The position numbers and the translations under genes were made by a program. Positions 44,701-59,700 of a stretch of DNA of 64,000 nt are shown here, piece after piece. Source of the stretch: Candidatus Oxydemutatoraceae bacterium (GTDB taxonomy: Bacteria > Pseudomonadota > Gammaproteobacteria > Poriferisulfidales > Oxydemutatoraceae); the NCBI GenBank assembly GCA_965220085.1, contig CBDCOZ010000003.1:1321683-1385682 (forward strand), given 5' to 3'. The notes beneath the pieces were generated by a model. It saw only the letters and a list, made by a program, of their open reading frames with translations, had not been told where the DNA came from and did no database searches. The first letter of the stretch is position 1, and the number at the start of each line of letters is the position of its first letter.

Positions 44701-47700
44701 ACCGTACCGGTAACATAACCGAACAGCCCCCTGTCCGCGACAGTGTCGCGTATATATAGATTCGCGACCGTATGACCGTTGCCGTCAAAGGTTGTAGCAA
44801 AGCGGTTGCTAGCGCTGCCAATCGTAGCCCAGCCTATGGTATTCGGGTCCGAGTTGCGGCCCCAATCTTCGTCATCAACACCGTCGGCATAGCTGCTTGC
44901 ATCATCAAAATCCAAGTCGCGCATCAACTCGTAGCCGCTGCAACCCGTAGACGGGCAACCCATGCCGGTGGCGGCGGACGGGAAGGCGGCGGCGTACTCC
45001 GCTTGTCGCTCGGCGGACACATTGCTCACATCGCCGTCGCCGTTTATATCGTATCTGACCGCAGCGAGTTGCTCCAGATTGCTGATTTCTATCAGGCCGT
45101 CGTCGTCGCTATCGTAATCGCCGGCGGTTAGCGTCACAGCAGCGACACCGCTGCCGTATTCGTGACCGTCTATCAATACCGCCACGCGGTAACTGCGGCT
45201 GGCGTTGAGGTTGGCGGCGGTATCAATATACGCCGGCGTCTCAAGCCCTGTCGCTATCTGCGTGCCGTCGCGGTAGACCGCATAGCGCAATTCCGGTGCC
45301 GGCGTCCAGTGTGTCGTCACCGGCGCGTTCCATGTCAATAGATTGCCGTTTGCCAGCGTCGGCGCCAACGGATCGCGCAGTTGATAGCCGAACTCTTCCC
45401 AGCTCACCGTGCTGTCACCGTTGAAATCAACCTGCAATGCGGGGTATTGTTCGGCGGTGCCGAAGTCCCAATAGTCGGTCGCGTTACCGGCGGCATCGTT
45501 GGCATCCCAGTCGGCGTAGATGCCGCCATAGGCGGTCGGCGTCTGTAGCTCGGCGGTGGTCTTGCCGGCGACGGAGCGCAGCGTCGCGCTGCCGGCGTCG
45601 CCAAAGCCGCTCGCCGCGCCGGTCGCCTGCGTATCCCAGTACAGCGCGGTGAGATTGCCGCCGCTCGCGACATCGCCGATGAGACCGCCGGCGCTGGCAG
45701 CGGCAAGCGGGGCCGCGACATAGCCGTAGCGTACTGTCGCCGCGGCGCCCAGCGCACCGATGAGACCGCCGCCGGCGGCGGCAGCCGACACATAGCCCGC
45801 CGCGTAACTGTGCTCGATGACATCCGACGCGGCGGCGCTCGCGCCGATGAGGCCGCCGACCGCATCGGCGCCGACGACGGCGGCGACGGCATACGCCGCG
45901 CGCCATGTGACATCGTCGGCGTTGCCGACGGCGCCGCCGATCGTATCACCGCCGCGCACCGAACCGGCGACATAGACATTGTCAAGCGTCGCCTTGCTGA
46001 CAAACGCGGCGAGCAGACCGACGCCGTTGCTGCCGCGCACCGCGCCGGTGATGCCGATGTTTTTGATCTCTAGTTGTTCGCCGTTGATCTCTGCGAACAG
46101 CCCTTGGCGGTCGCTGTTCGGGCGGTTGATATAGAGGTTGCGTATCGCGCGACCGTTGCCGTCAAGGTCGCCGGCGTAGACGCCGCTCGGGTCTATCGGC
46201 GTCCAGCCTTCGCCTTCAATCCACGCCGGATCAACGCGACCGGCGGCATAGTCCGCCGGGTCGTCGAAGTTCAGATCGTTTGACAATTCGTAGCCGTCGC
46301 AACCGCCGCCGCCGCAACCCATGCCGCTCGCCGCGTTCGGGAACGCCGCGGCATACGCCGCCGCGTCGTTGCTCGCCGGTTCGCCGTTGGCGTCGAGGTC
46401 CCAGCGCATCGCGTTGAGTTGCTCCAAGTTGGCGATCTCTATCAGGCCGTCGTCGTCGCTGTCGTAATCGGTCGTCGGGTAGGCAATCGCTGCGCCGCGC
46501 GTCACTTCGCCGCCGTAAATCACCGCCGCCACGCGATAGACATTGATGCCGTTGCTCGGGGCGCTGTCGGTATAGGTCGTCGCGGTCAAACCTTCCGCCA
46601 GCAGGGTGACATCGCTCGCGGCGGCGGCGGTTGCGCGGTAGACGTTGTAAGTGATCGTCGGCGGGTCGTCCGGCCAGTGCGACGTCACGGGTACTGTCCA
46701 GCTCAATACTTTTGATGAGCCGGAATCGCTGACGCTGACCGTCGGCGCTTCGCGCAGTTGATAGCCGAACTCTTGCCAGGTGGCGCTGCCCTTGTTGTCA
46801 AAGTTTGTTTTCAGCGCCGGGTATTGGCTGGCGCTGCCGAAATCCCAGTAGTCGCTGGCGCCGCCTTCGTTCCAGTCGGCGTAGATGCCGCTATAGCCGG
46901 TCGGGGCTTGCAGTTCGGCGGCGGTCTGCCCGGCGATGCCGGCGGCGGCGCCGGCGGTCTGGTTGGACACCGCGACATCCCAATACAGCGCGGTGTAGTC
47001 GGAGTCGGGGCGTTGTTTACCGACGACACCGCCGAGAGTACCAAGACCGCCGGGGGCGATCGCGACCAGCGCGGTCGCATAACCGTAGCGCAGGGTATTG
47101 CGCTCGCCGTAGTCTTGATGACCGACCTGGCCAATCAGACCGCCGGCGTCACCGGCCTCCTCCAAATAACCGCTGGCATAGACATGTTGTACCGTCGCCC
47201 CGCCCCGGATCATCCCGAGCAAACCGCCGACCCGTGAGTCGGTCGTTGCGGTGCCAAGCGCGTTACCGGTCGCATAGCTCGTCGCAAGCGAAGCGTTCGT
47301 CACTCTGCCAATCAAACTGCCGGATATAGAGTCGGAGTCCGCCGTCACCGCCGACCACAGATTGCGCGCGGTAGCACCGTCCGCTACCTCGCCGGCCACC
47401 CCTCCCGTTACATTAGCAAGACTTTCGGCATCGCCGGTGATGCCGAGATTGGAGATTGCGGCAGCGGCACCGGTAACGGCGCCGAACAGACCGATTTCCA
47501 GCGGGGAGGATACGATTAGAATAAGGTTTTTAATCGTATGACCGTTGCCGTCAAAGACCGCGCGGAAGCCGTCGTTGTCGGGCAGCGTACCGCCGATTGG
47601 AAGCCACCCGTCTGCACCCACTGCGGATGTCCACTGCGTATTGACACTGCCGCTGGCATAGCTTGCGGCGGCGGTAAAGTCCAAGTCGTTCATCAACTCA

Positions 47701-50700
47701 TAGCCGCGGCAACCGTCGGCGGGACAACCCATGCCCGATGTGGCGGCGGGGAAAGCGGCGGCGTACGCCGTTATATACGACGGCTCCTCGCCGCCGAGGT
47801 TGCTGTCCACCGCGCCGATGCCGTAGGGGTCGTAGCGGATGGCATTCAGTTGTTCCAGTGTCGTAATCTCTATCAGGCCGTCGTCATCGGTATCGTAGTC
47901 GGTGCCCGAGACCACGACATCCCGGTATACCTCGCCACTGTCCACCCGCACCGAGACGTGATAGATATAGGCGGCAGCGGCAACGGTGGAAGGCAGTACG
48001 TCGGTGTAACTTGTCGTCGTCAGGCCCTCGGCCAGCAGGCTGATCTCGGCGCCGGTCGATGCCATGCGGTAGATGTCATAGGTCACGGGCGGTTGCGGCG
48101 ACCAGTGCGAGACGTCAGGCGCGCCCCAACTCAGCGTGTGATCGTTGCCGGCGCCGGCAACGATCGCGACATCGGCCGGGGGGACGCGCAACTGATAACC
48201 GAATTCTTGCCACGTGGCGCCGCCGATGCCGTTGAAGTCGACTTTCAGCGCCGGGTATTGATTCGCCGTGCCGAAGTCCCAGTAGTCGCCGCCATGGTTC
48301 CAGTCGGCGTAGATGCCGGCGTAGCCGGTCGGCGCTTGCAACGCGGCGCTGGTCAGGCCGCTCGCGCCGGCGGTCGTCTCATCGCCGCCGATGCCTTTGT
48401 TGCGACCGGTCGTCTCGGTGTCCCAGTAGACGTCGGCGAGAGCGACATGGGCGGCGGTGATCGGGCCGATGACGCCGCCGCTGTCGGCGACGCCGATGAC
48501 GACTTCGCCGAGACCGTAGGCGTAGCGCAACGTCGCGAAATGTTCCGTCGTCGTCACGCCCGCAGGCAGGCGGGCAAAGCCGACGAGCGAACCGGCGAAC
48601 ATGCCGGCGTCGCCGAGCGCGCCGGCGACGCCGGTCGCATCGACGCGGCCGGTCGCATAGACGCGCTCCAAGACGCCGTCGCCGTCCTTGATGTCGATCT
48701 GACCGACCAGACCGCCGGCGCGGCTGTTGGCAAATACGCTGCCGCTGGCATAACTGGCGCGGATGCGCCCGCCGCTGTCGATATCGCCGACCAAACCGCC
48801 GACCGCAATGCCGGCGCGGAGCGACACCGCCGCCCAACTGTTCTCAATCACGGCATCCTCGCCGCCCATCTGGGTCGCGATGCCGCCGCTCCTGCCGGTC
48901 GCCGCGATCGAGCCGGTGACGCCGAGGTTGCGCACTATCGCGCCGGGGTCCAGGCCGCCAAACAGCGCCTGATCGGCGTTGGCGGCGTCGGCGGCGGGAT
49001 TGTTGATGTAGAGGTTCTTGATCACATGACCGTTGCCTTCAAAGGTCGTTCTCAGATCGCCCGGAGCCGGCCAACCGGCGCCGGTCGTCCACGTCGTCTT
49101 GGAACTGGCATCGGCGTAGTCGGCATCGTCGTCAAAGTCCAGATCGCGCGTCAGTTCGTAGCCGCGACACTGCGCGTACGGGCAGCCCATGCCGGGGGCG
49201 GCGGCGGGAAAAGCGGCGGCATATTGCGCCGCGTCCCGCGCCAGCGGCGCGCCTTCGCCGTTAAAATCCCAGCGCACGGCGTGGAGTTGTTGCAATGTCG
49301 CGATCTCTATCAGGCCGTCGTCGTCGCTGTCATAATCGTTGCCCGATTGCGCCGCGCTGCGATGCGCTTCGCCGCTGTCTATGCGCACGGCGACCTCGTA
49401 GACGTAACCGCTGTCGGCGGCGGCGGTGTTATCGGTATAACTCGTCGCCGTGTAATCTTCGGCCAGCAGGCTGACTTGGGTGCCGGTGGGTCTCTCGGTT
49501 ATGCGGTAGACATCATAAGCGACCGGCGGCGGCGGCGACCAGTGCGAGACATCGGGCGCGCCCCAGCTCAGCGTCCGCTCGTTGCCGGCGCCGGCGACCG
49601 TGACATCGGCCGGGGCGGCGCGCAGTTGATAGCCGAATTCCTGCCAACTCGGATCCGTATCGGGGTCACCGTCAAAATCAACCTTCAAGGCAGGGTACTG
49701 TGCCGCGGTGCCGAAATCCCAGTAGTCGCTGGCGCCGCCCTCGTCCCAGTCGGCGTAGATGCCGGCATAACCGTCGGGCGCTTGCAGCGCGGCGGTCGGC
49801 AGGCCGATGATGGCGGGCGCGGGCGCGGTAGCGGCGCCGTTCTCGCGACCGGTGGTCTCGCGATCCCAGTACAGCGCCGCCAATGCGCGCGCGACGGGGA
49901 GTCTTGCGATCAGGCCGGCGGCATCGCGTATCGGCACGACCTCGCCGCGCCCGTAGGCATAGCGCAGGGTCAGCTTGCCGGTGTCAGAACCGCTGTCCGT
50001 GGCCGCGCCGCCGATCAGCGAGGCGGCGTAGCGCTTGGCATCGCCGCGGCTGCCGTCGACGCGACCGCTGGCATAGACGTGCCGCAACGTACTGTCGCCG
50101 CTTGAGAAGTCGCCGGAGCCGGCCAAGCCGCCGGCGAGGCGACTGCCGACGACGCTGCCGCTGGCATAACTCGCGCGGATCTGCGCTTGCGAGAACCTGC
50201 CGACCAGCGAGCCGCCGCCGGTCACGCTGCGCGTGACGACCGCCGACCAGCTGTTCTCCAGCATGCTGTCGGTCAGCGCGCCGATCAGACCGGCGACGGT
50301 CAGCGCGCCCGTCACCGAGCCGGTGATGCCGATGTTGCGGATTGTCGCGCCCTGCGTTTGATAGAACAGCGCCTGATATTCGTTGCCGGCGGCGGCGGAA
50401 AGATTATTGATCCAGAGGTTTTTGATCACACGGCCGTTGCCGTCAAAGATCGCCGCGTACGGGGCATCGGCGCCGCCGATTGGCGTCCAGCCGACGCCGC
50501 CCGTCCACAGGTCGTTGACGGCGCCGGTGACATAACTCTGCGCATCGTCAAAGTCCAAGTCGCGCGTCAATTCGTAGCCGACGCAGCCGGCGGGACAGCC
50601 CATGCCGCTCACCGCCGCCGGGAACGCTTGGGCGTAACTCGGCGAACTCGCGTTCGCCGGCGCGCCGTCGCCGTCGAGGTCCCAGCGCATCGCGTTGAGT

Positions 50701-53700
50701 TGTTCCAGCGTCGCGATGTCTATCAGGCCGTCGTCATCGGCATCGTAGTCTTCCATCCCCGACCGGACGACGCTGCGGCTCGCCTCGCCGCCGTAGACGA
50801 CCGCGGCGACGCGGTATTCGTAGATTGCATCCGCGCTCGCGCCGCTGTCGCGGTAGGTCGTCGCCGTCACGCCGCGGGCGACGACGGCCTCCCGCAAGTC
50901 GGGGCACACCGGTTTGCAATTCCCTTCGCTGTCCTGCGCGCCGTTCGGGCACGGCGCGGCGCAGAGGCGCAACGCGACGGAATAGGCCTCGCCGGCGGCG
51001 CATGCGGTGGCGCCGTTGTTTGAGCATACGCTCTTGCCCGAGTGGACCCCGCTGGGGATGTGTCCGTGGTTGCCATATATGCCGCACGTCGCCGCCGCGG
51101 AGCGGCAACGACCGTTGCTGAGAATAATATCCCCGTTGTGACTTTCGCACCAGTCGCGGAATTCGAGATCGGCGGCATTGACGCAGGTCGTCGTTCCTTC
51201 TATCGCCGCTTGGCCTGGCGGGCAGGAATGCGGGGCCGGCGCGCAGACGCCGCCGATGGCGGTCTGTGTGCTGGCACAGGCGACACAGGCGCTGCCTTGC
51301 AAGACCTCGTTGTCGCCGCAGAGCATGGAGACGCATGAACCGTCGCTGATGTCTTCGGGCGTCGCGTCGGTTTCGAGCCAGCGGTAGATGTCGTAGGCGA
51401 GCGGCGGCGGGTCGTCCCAGTGCGATGTGACCGGCGCGTTCCAGCGCAATTCGCGCGCGCCGCCGCGACCGCTGACCGTCAGATCGCGCGGGCCTTCGCG
51501 CAGTTGATAGCCGAACTCTTGCCAGGTCGCGATGCTGTCGCCGTCAAAGTCGGCCTTGAGCGCCGGGTATTGCGAAGCGTCGCCGAAATCCCAGTCGTCG
51601 CTGGTGTCGTTGTCGTCCCAGTCGGCGTAGATGCCGCCATAGCCGGTCGGGGCTTGCAGTTCGGCGGTCGTCTTGCCGGCGACACCCGAGGCGGTTCCGG
51701 CGCCGGCGGCGTTGTCGCGGCCCGATGCGCCGGTATCCCAATAGAACGCGGTTCTTCCCAGCGCGTTGGCGTAGCGCCCGGCGTAACCGCCGCTGAGCGG
51801 CGCCGCCGGGTCGATGCGCGCGACGGAATAACCGTACTCGCTGCCGTCGTCCGCCGCATCGGAGCCGACCAGACCGCCGGCCCAGCGCTGCGATGCGCTG
51901 ACGTAACCGGTCGCGTAGACGCTGTCCAGAAACGTGACCACCAAGCCGAGTTTGCCGACGAGTCCGCCGACCGCTTCGCGCCCGCCGACATTGCCGGTCG
52001 CATAACTGCGGTAAAATGCGGCGCTGCCGGCGGCCGCTTCGCCGGCGAGCGCGCCGACATTGGCGGCGGCGCCGCCGATGCTGACCGCCGACCAGGCCTC
52101 GCTGATGAAGCCGCCGTTTGACACTTCTCCGACCAAGCCGCCGACCGCCTGCGCGGTGCTGGCGGCGACCGTGATGGCGCCGCTGATGCCGAGGCGGTAC
52201 AGGCTCCTGTCGTTGTCTGTTACCCTGAGGCGACCGAACAGGCCCTGATGCGATGCGCCGCGGTTGATGCGGAGGTTGGCGATGACGCGACCGTTGCCGT
52301 TGAATTCGCCGCTGTAACTCGCGTCGCCGCCGCCGATCGGCTGCCAGCCTTCGCCGCTGGTCCACGCCGCTTTGTTGGCGATATCGGCGTAGTCGGCATC
52401 GTCGGCAAAATCCAGATCGCGCATCAATTCGTAGCCTTTGCAAGCAACCGCGCAACCCATCGGATGCGCGGCGACGGCGGCGCCGGGGAAGGCCGCCATA
52501 TAACTCGGCGTGCTCGCCTCCGCTATGCCGTCGCCGTTCAGGTCATAACGGATCGCGTGCAGTTGTTCCAGCGTCGCGATGTCTATCAAACCGTCGTTGT
52601 CGGTATCGTAATCGGTCAGCGATGCGGCGACCTCCGATATCGGGTAACCGCCCTCGACGACGGCATGCACTTGATAGGCATAGGTCCTGTTGGCAACGAC
52701 AGCATTGTCGATATAGTCCGTTTTTGTCCGATTCGCCGCTATCTGCGCGCCATCGCGCCGGATATCATAGGTCACGGACGGGCGCGCGGCGGGCGGCCAG
52801 TGACTCAGGTCGGGCGCTGTCCAGACCAGCATGCGCGACGCGCCGCTGCCGCTAATCGTCAGGTTCAGGCTCTCGCGCAACTGCCAGCCGAACTCCTGCC
52901 AACTCGCGATGCCGTCGCCGTTGAAGTCTGTTTGCAACGCCGGGTATTGGTCGGCGTCGCCGAAATCCCAGTAGTCGCTTGTGCCGCCTTCGTTCCAGTC
53001 GGCGTAGATGCCGCCGTAGCCGGTCGGGGCTTGCAGTTCGGCGGTAGCATGACCGGCGGCGCCAGCGGAGGACCCGGCGCGCACGCCGCGGCGCACTGTC
53101 GAGGTCTCGGTATCCCATAACAGCGCGGTCGCTGTCACGCGGTCGCCGACAGCGCCGATGACGCCGGCCAGAAGGTGTTTTCTCGCGCTCGCGGGGGATA
53201 GCATAGTCGTGGAATAGCCGTAGGCCAAGCGCGCGCCGCTCGCGGCGCCGATGAGGCCGCCAATATTCACAGGGAAGCTTTCGAGTGTTGTCATGAAATC
53301 GACAAAACCGGTCGCATAGCTGTGTTCGACGCGCACCGCCGCATCGGAGTCTATGGCGCCGATCAAACCGCCGCCGAATTCGTCGGCATACACTGCGCCG
53401 GTCGCGTAACTCCTGCGGATCGTCGCGGCGCCCATCGCTTTGCCGATCAGGCCGCCGGCGTCCCTGAAACTGCGTATGTGCGCCGCCGACCAGGCATCGC
53501 TGACGACGCCGCCGTTCATCGCGCCGATCAAACCGCCCGGCGTAGATGCCGCGCTCTGAACCGTGCCTATTCGCCCGGTCACGCCGACGGCGCGTATCGT
53601 CGCCCCGTCGGTGGCGCCGAACAGGCCTTGCGGGCGCGCGAGAGCAATTCCCGTGTAAAGGTTTCTGATGACGTAACCGTTGCCGTCAAAGACCGCCGCG

Positions 53701-56700
53701 TACGGGGCTTCGGCGCCGCCGCCAATCGATATCCAGCCCGTGTCGGCGGTGAACAGCGCCTTGTTCGTGAGCGTGCCGTCCAAGCGCACAGAGTCATGAT
53801 GGTAGTAGCTGTCGTTGTCGTTGAAGTCCAGATCGCGCGTCAACTCGTAACCGATGCAGGTCTGATTCGGACAGCCCAGCCAGGGGGAAGCGAAATAGAA
53901 ATCGTAATCCTCGCCGGCGTTGGCGCTGTCGGGCCTGCCGTCGCCGTCGGGGTCAAAGCGCAACATCGAGAGTTGCTCCAGGTTGCTGATCTCGATCAGG
54001 CCGTCGTCATCCAAATCATAATCGGCGGCGCCGGAGAAAGGATAGGCGCGGGTCACTTCGCCGCCGGCCACCGCCGCCGCTATGCGGTAACCGTAACTGC
54101 GATACAGATTGGCATCGGTATCCGTATAAGACGATGCGGTCAGGCCCTGCGCGTCGTCGATCGCGCTGACCGTGGTGCCGCGGTAGAGGTTGTAGGTCAG
54201 CGTCGGCGGGTTGTCCCAGTGCGATGTGACCGGCGGTTTCCAACTCAGCGTGATGCCGTCGGTGTCGGAGACGACGGCGACATCGCGCGGGCCTTCGCGC
54301 AACTGGTAGCCGAATTCCTGCCAACTGACGACGCCGTCGTTGTTGAAATCGACCTTCAGCGCCGGGTATTGGCGGTTGCTGCCGAAGTCCCAGTAGTCGG
54401 TCGGGGCGCCGGCGGCATCGTTGGCGTCCCAGTCGGCGTAGATGCCGTCGTAGCCGGTCGGGGTTTGCAGTTCGGCCGTGGACTTGCCGACAATGACGGC
54501 GGACGAACCGGAGACGGCGTGACCGACGCCTTTTGCCAGTTGGCTCGTATGGCTGTCCCAGTAAACGGCGGCGAAGGGATTGGCGGCGCGGTTTTCGCCG
54601 ATGACGCCGCCGATCTCGGTCGCGTTGCGATTGACCAGGGCCGTGGAATAGGCATAGCGCAACGCGCCGACGGTATGAAAGGAGCCGACGAGACCGCCGC
54701 CGCGGCGCGCATCACCGCCCGCCGTCGGGTCGACAAAACCGGTCGCATAGACGTGCTCTATCGTCACGTTGCTGCCCAAGTCATCCGTGAAGCCGACCAG
54801 ACCGCCGAGGAGTTGGTTGCCGCGCACCGTGCCGGTGGCGTAACTCGCGCGCACCGTGCCGTCTCCTATCTGACCGATCAACGAGGCGGCGTTCTGGGGA
54901 GCGCTTGCCGCGACCGACGACCAGGCGTTCTCAACCAGCCCCGCGTTTGCCAAATGCGTCGCCAGACCGGCGACCTGACCGCTGCTGCTGCTGCCGGCGA
55001 CCGCGCCGGTGATGCCGACATTTCTGATCGCGCCGCCGCTGACATAGCCGAACAGACTGGGGCCCGAGTCGGTTCTGTCGATATAAAGGTTGGCTATCGT
55101 ATGACCGTTGCCGTCAAACGTCGCGGCGAAGGCGTTCGTTGTGTTGGCTCCGATTCGCGCCCAACCCTTCGTCGCCGCATCCGTGACCCTGCTCCACTTG
55201 GCATCGTCTGTGCCGTCGGCGTAGCTGCCGCGGTCGTCAAAATCCAGATCGCGCATCAACTCGTAGCCGGCGCAAGCGCTCGGGCAACCCATGCCGGCGG
55301 TCGCCGCGGGGAAGGCCGCGGCATAGGCCGCCGCGCCCGCGGGCGCATCCGCTGCGCCGCTGCCGTCCAAGTCCCAGCGTATCGCGTTCAGTTGCTCCAG
55401 CCAGTTGATGTCTATCAGGCCGTCGTCGTCGCTGTCGTAATCGACCGCGCCCGATGCCGCCGAACTGCGGTAGGCTTCGCCGCCGTCGAGCAACACCGCG
55501 ACGCGGTAGGTGTATTCGGTGCCGGTGGTCGCGGTAGTGTCGGCATATGTCGTCGCGCTCAGGTCTCTGGCGATCACCAGGTTGGATGTGGTATGGCGGT
55601 AGACCGTGTAGGTGACGACTGGCGGCGGCGACGACCAGTGCGAGACATCGGGCGCGCCCCAATGCAGCGCGCGCGAGGGACCGAGACCGCCGGCGACGCT
55701 GACCGCCCTCGGATAGTCGCGCAACTGGTAGCCGAATTCTTGCCACGTCGCGATGTTGTCGCCGTCAAAGTCGACCTTGAGCGCCGGATATTGCGAGGCG
55801 CTGCCGAAGTCCCAGTTGTCGGTCGCATTGCCGGCGGCGTCGGCGGCGTCCCAGGTTGAGTAGATGCCGGCGTAGTCAGTCGGCGCTTGCAATTCGGCCG
55901 CGGGCAAGCCGGCGGCGCCGGCGCGTCCGTCGTCGGCGACGATACCGGTGGTATCGGTATCCCAATACAAGGCGCTCAGGACGATGTCGCCCTCCGAGTT
56001 ATGGACGATGGCGCCGTGGTCGCTGGCGCCGGTCGCATAGCCGTAAGCGATCGACACGCCATAATCCTGATAGTCGTTGATGTTGGCTATCAACGAGGCC
56101 GCATTGGGGCCGCTTACGGGACCGCTCGCATAGACGTGTTCGATGACGGCGGCGGCGCCGCTGATACTGCCGATCAAGCCGCCGCCGCCGCTTTGGTTGT
56201 CGGATATGTCGACGGCGCCGGTCGCATAACTGCGGCGAATGACCGCCTCTTGAATCGTGCCGTCGGTGTTCCTGATTTGGCCGATCAGACCGCCGACCGC
56301 ATCGGCGCCTTCGACCGCCACCGCCGCATAGCTGTTCTCGATGCGGCTGTTTTCTTCCAGCACCGAGGCCAGACCGCCGATGATCCTGCCTGATTTTGCG
56401 ACCGCGCCGGTGACGCCGATGTTGGTCAGCGTGGCATCTCCGTCCAAGCCGCCAAACAGACCGCTGGCGTCGGCGCCGGCGGAGTAGAGGTTGCGCACCG
56501 TGCGACCGTTGCCGTGAAATAGCAAGTCTTCGTTGTCCTCCTCGACCAGCAGTTGCCGCCAGCCTTTGCCGCTCGTCCACGTCGCTTTGTTGGCGGCGGG
56601 GTCGCGGTAACTGGCATCGTCGTCGAAGTCCAGATCGCGCATCAGTTCGTAGCCGCGACAGCCGCGCGGGCAACCGGCGCCGGCGGCCGGGTAGGCCGCG

Positions 56701-59700
56701 AGGTGCAACAGCCGGGCGGCTTCGTATATATCGAGCAGGCCGGCGTCGATGATGCCGTCGTAATTCTGGTCGGCGCGGGTGGCCGCGAGTTGTTCCAGGT
56801 TGCGGATCTCTATCAGGCCGTCGTCGTCGGTGTCGTAATCGATGCCCGATACCACGGCGCTGCGGTAGGCCTCGCCGCCGTCGAGCAACACCGCGACCAG
56901 ATAGTTGCGGGCGCTGCCGGCGACCGCGGTATGGTCGGTATACGTCGTCGCGCTCAGGTCTTCGGCAACGACGCGGGTGGCGGTGGCGGCGCGGCGGTAG
57001 ACGTTATACGTGACGACCGGCGGCGGCGACCAGTGCGAGACATCGGGCGCGCCCCAACTCAGCGCGCGCGAGGCGCCGACACCGGCGACGACGGCGACCG
57101 GCGCCGGGTAGTTACGCAGTTGATAGCCGAATTCTTGCCAAGTCGCGATGTTGTCGCCGTTGAAATCAACCTTCAGCGCCGGGTATTGTTGCGCGCTGCC
57201 GAAATCCCAGTAGTCGGTCGCGTTGCCGTCGGCATCGGCGGCATCCCAGTCGGCATAGAGACCTTTGTAGCCGATCGGCGCTTGCAGCTCGGCGGCGGTG
57301 TGGCCGCGCAGATGCTGGGTCGGGGCATCGCCGGCGTTGGCGGCGTTGTTGCGCGCAGTCGTCTGCCGGTCCCAGTAAGCGGCGGCGATGACGGGGTTTG
57401 TGTCAGTGCGCGAGTTGTAGCCGGCCAAACCGCCGCTGTTGACGTATTGCGCGACGTTGGCGGTCACGCGACCGGCAGCGTAGGCGTAGGCGATCGTGAC
57501 GCCGCCTCTCATCTCGCCAATGAGACCGCCGGCGCGGGTCGGCGCTGTGACGCGTCCGCTGGCATAGGCGTGTTCGAGCGTCGCATCGTTATTTTCAAAC
57601 AGGCCGATCAATCCGCCGGCAACCCGATCGTCGGCGCGCACCGCGGCGGTGGCATAACCGGCGACCACCCTGCCGTCGGACACTTTGCCGACCAGTCCGC
57701 CGACCGCTGCGCCGCCGTGTACGTCCGTCGCCGCATAGCTGTTCTCAAGCGTCGCGGCATCGACGACGCCCGCCAGAGCGCCGACCGCGCCGCCCTTGGA
57801 GGCTGCGACATTGTCGGCCAAAATGACGCGCACCGAACCGGTCACGCCGACATTGGCGATCGTCGCATCGAACACCGTGCCGAACAGGCCCATGTCGCCG
57901 TGACCGCGCAGGCCCTCGCGAGCGATGCGCAGGTTGGCTATCGCGCGACCGTTGCCGTGAAATGTCGCCCGATACGGATAGTTGGCATTGCCGAGCGGAT
58001 CCCACATCCCGTCCGTCCAAGCGGCTTGGTTGGCGGTGTCGGCGTAGTCGGCGGCGGCGTCAAAGTCCAGGTCTTTGCTCAACTCGTAGCCGCGACAGGC
58101 GCGGTTCGGGCAGCCCATGTCGCTGGCGCGGACGGGGAACGCCGTTTCGTAGTCGGCGGCGCGCGCGGGGAAGTCGATGCCGGCATCGTTCGGGTCGCCG
58201 TTGCCGTTGAGGTCTATGCCTATCGCCGCCAGTTGTTCCAGGTTGCGAATGTCTATCAGGCCGTCGTCGTCGCTGTCGTAGTCGACGCGGGTGATCATGA
58301 CCGCGTTGCTGCGCGCCGCCTCGCCGCCGCCGGAAGCGACGAACGCCGCCACGCGGTATTCGTTGTCGCCGCCGGTCGAGCTCGCCGCGGTGTCGTGCGT
58401 CGTCGCGCTCAGCGCGGAGGCGGCGGGCGCCGCCTCATCGTTGAGCCAGACCCGATAGCGCAGTTGCGGCGGATTGTCCCAGTGCGAGGTATCCGGCGCC
58501 GTCCAACTGAGGATGCCGGCGCTCTCGGTCAGCTCGATGTCGTCGCGCAACTGGTAGCCGAATTCTTGCCAACTCACGTTGCCGTTGCCGTTAAAATCAA
58601 CCTTCAGCGCCGGGTATTGCGAGGCGGCGCCGAAATCCCAGTGGTCGTTGTTGGCGGAACCGGGCATCCCCCAGGCGGCGTAGATGCCAAGATATTGGGT
58701 CTGCGTTTGCAAGGCGGCGGTCGTCTGACCGCCGATGTTGACGGAAGAGCCGACGCCGACCGCTTCGCTCTTGCCCGAAGTCACGGTGTCCCAATATGTG
58801 TGCTCGACGGCGCTGTCCGCCCTGTCGCCGCCGACGCCGCCGCTGTTCGTCGCCGCTTTGGCGATCAGGCCGGTCACGTAGGCATACCGCAGTTGCGCTT
58901 GCCCCATAAAGCCGATGAGACCGCCGGCGACGCCGCCGTCGCCGCTCGCGCGCGATGCGCTGACAAAGCCGGTGGCGTAGACGTGTTCTGCCGCGCTGTC
59001 GGCGTTGTCGGCAGCGGCGCCAATCAGGCCGCCGACTTGGGCGACGCCAGTCGCGGCGCCGTTGGCATAACTCCGCCGTATCGTGCCGGCGTTGTTAAAC
59101 CCGACCAGCGAGCCGACCATCTCGCCGCCCGATACCGTCGCCCCCGAGAAAGAGTTTTCTATCGTGGCGCCGTTCAGTTCGCCGGCGATGCCGCCGATGC
59201 GGTCGTTGTCGTCGCCGCCCGAGACCGAACCGCTGACGACGGCGAGGTTTGTAATGATGCCGGCGCTGCCGACGACGCCGAACAGACCTTGGCCGTCGTT
59301 GTTATCCGCCGCGCGGTTGATATGCAAGTTGCTAATCTTTTTGCCCTTGCCGTCGAAGGTCGTTGCGAACGGAGCCGCGCCGTCGCCTATCGGCGACCAG
59401 CCTTCGCCGCTCGTCCATTCCGCATTGACCGCGCCCGAGCGGTAGTCGGCGGCGTCTTTAAAGTCCAGGTCTTGGCGCAATTCGTAGCCGACACAGGCGT
59501 TGTTTAAGCAACCCATGTGCGGCGCCGGATTGAAAAAACCCGACTCATACGCGCTCTGATCAGCCGCCGCGACGGCGCCGTCGCCGTTCAAGTCATAACG
59601 CATCGCGTTCAATTGATCCAGCGTTCTGATGTCTATCAGACCGTCGTCGTCGTCGTCGTAATCGGTCTCCGTCGCCTCCGCCGTCGGCGAGTGGCTGCGG

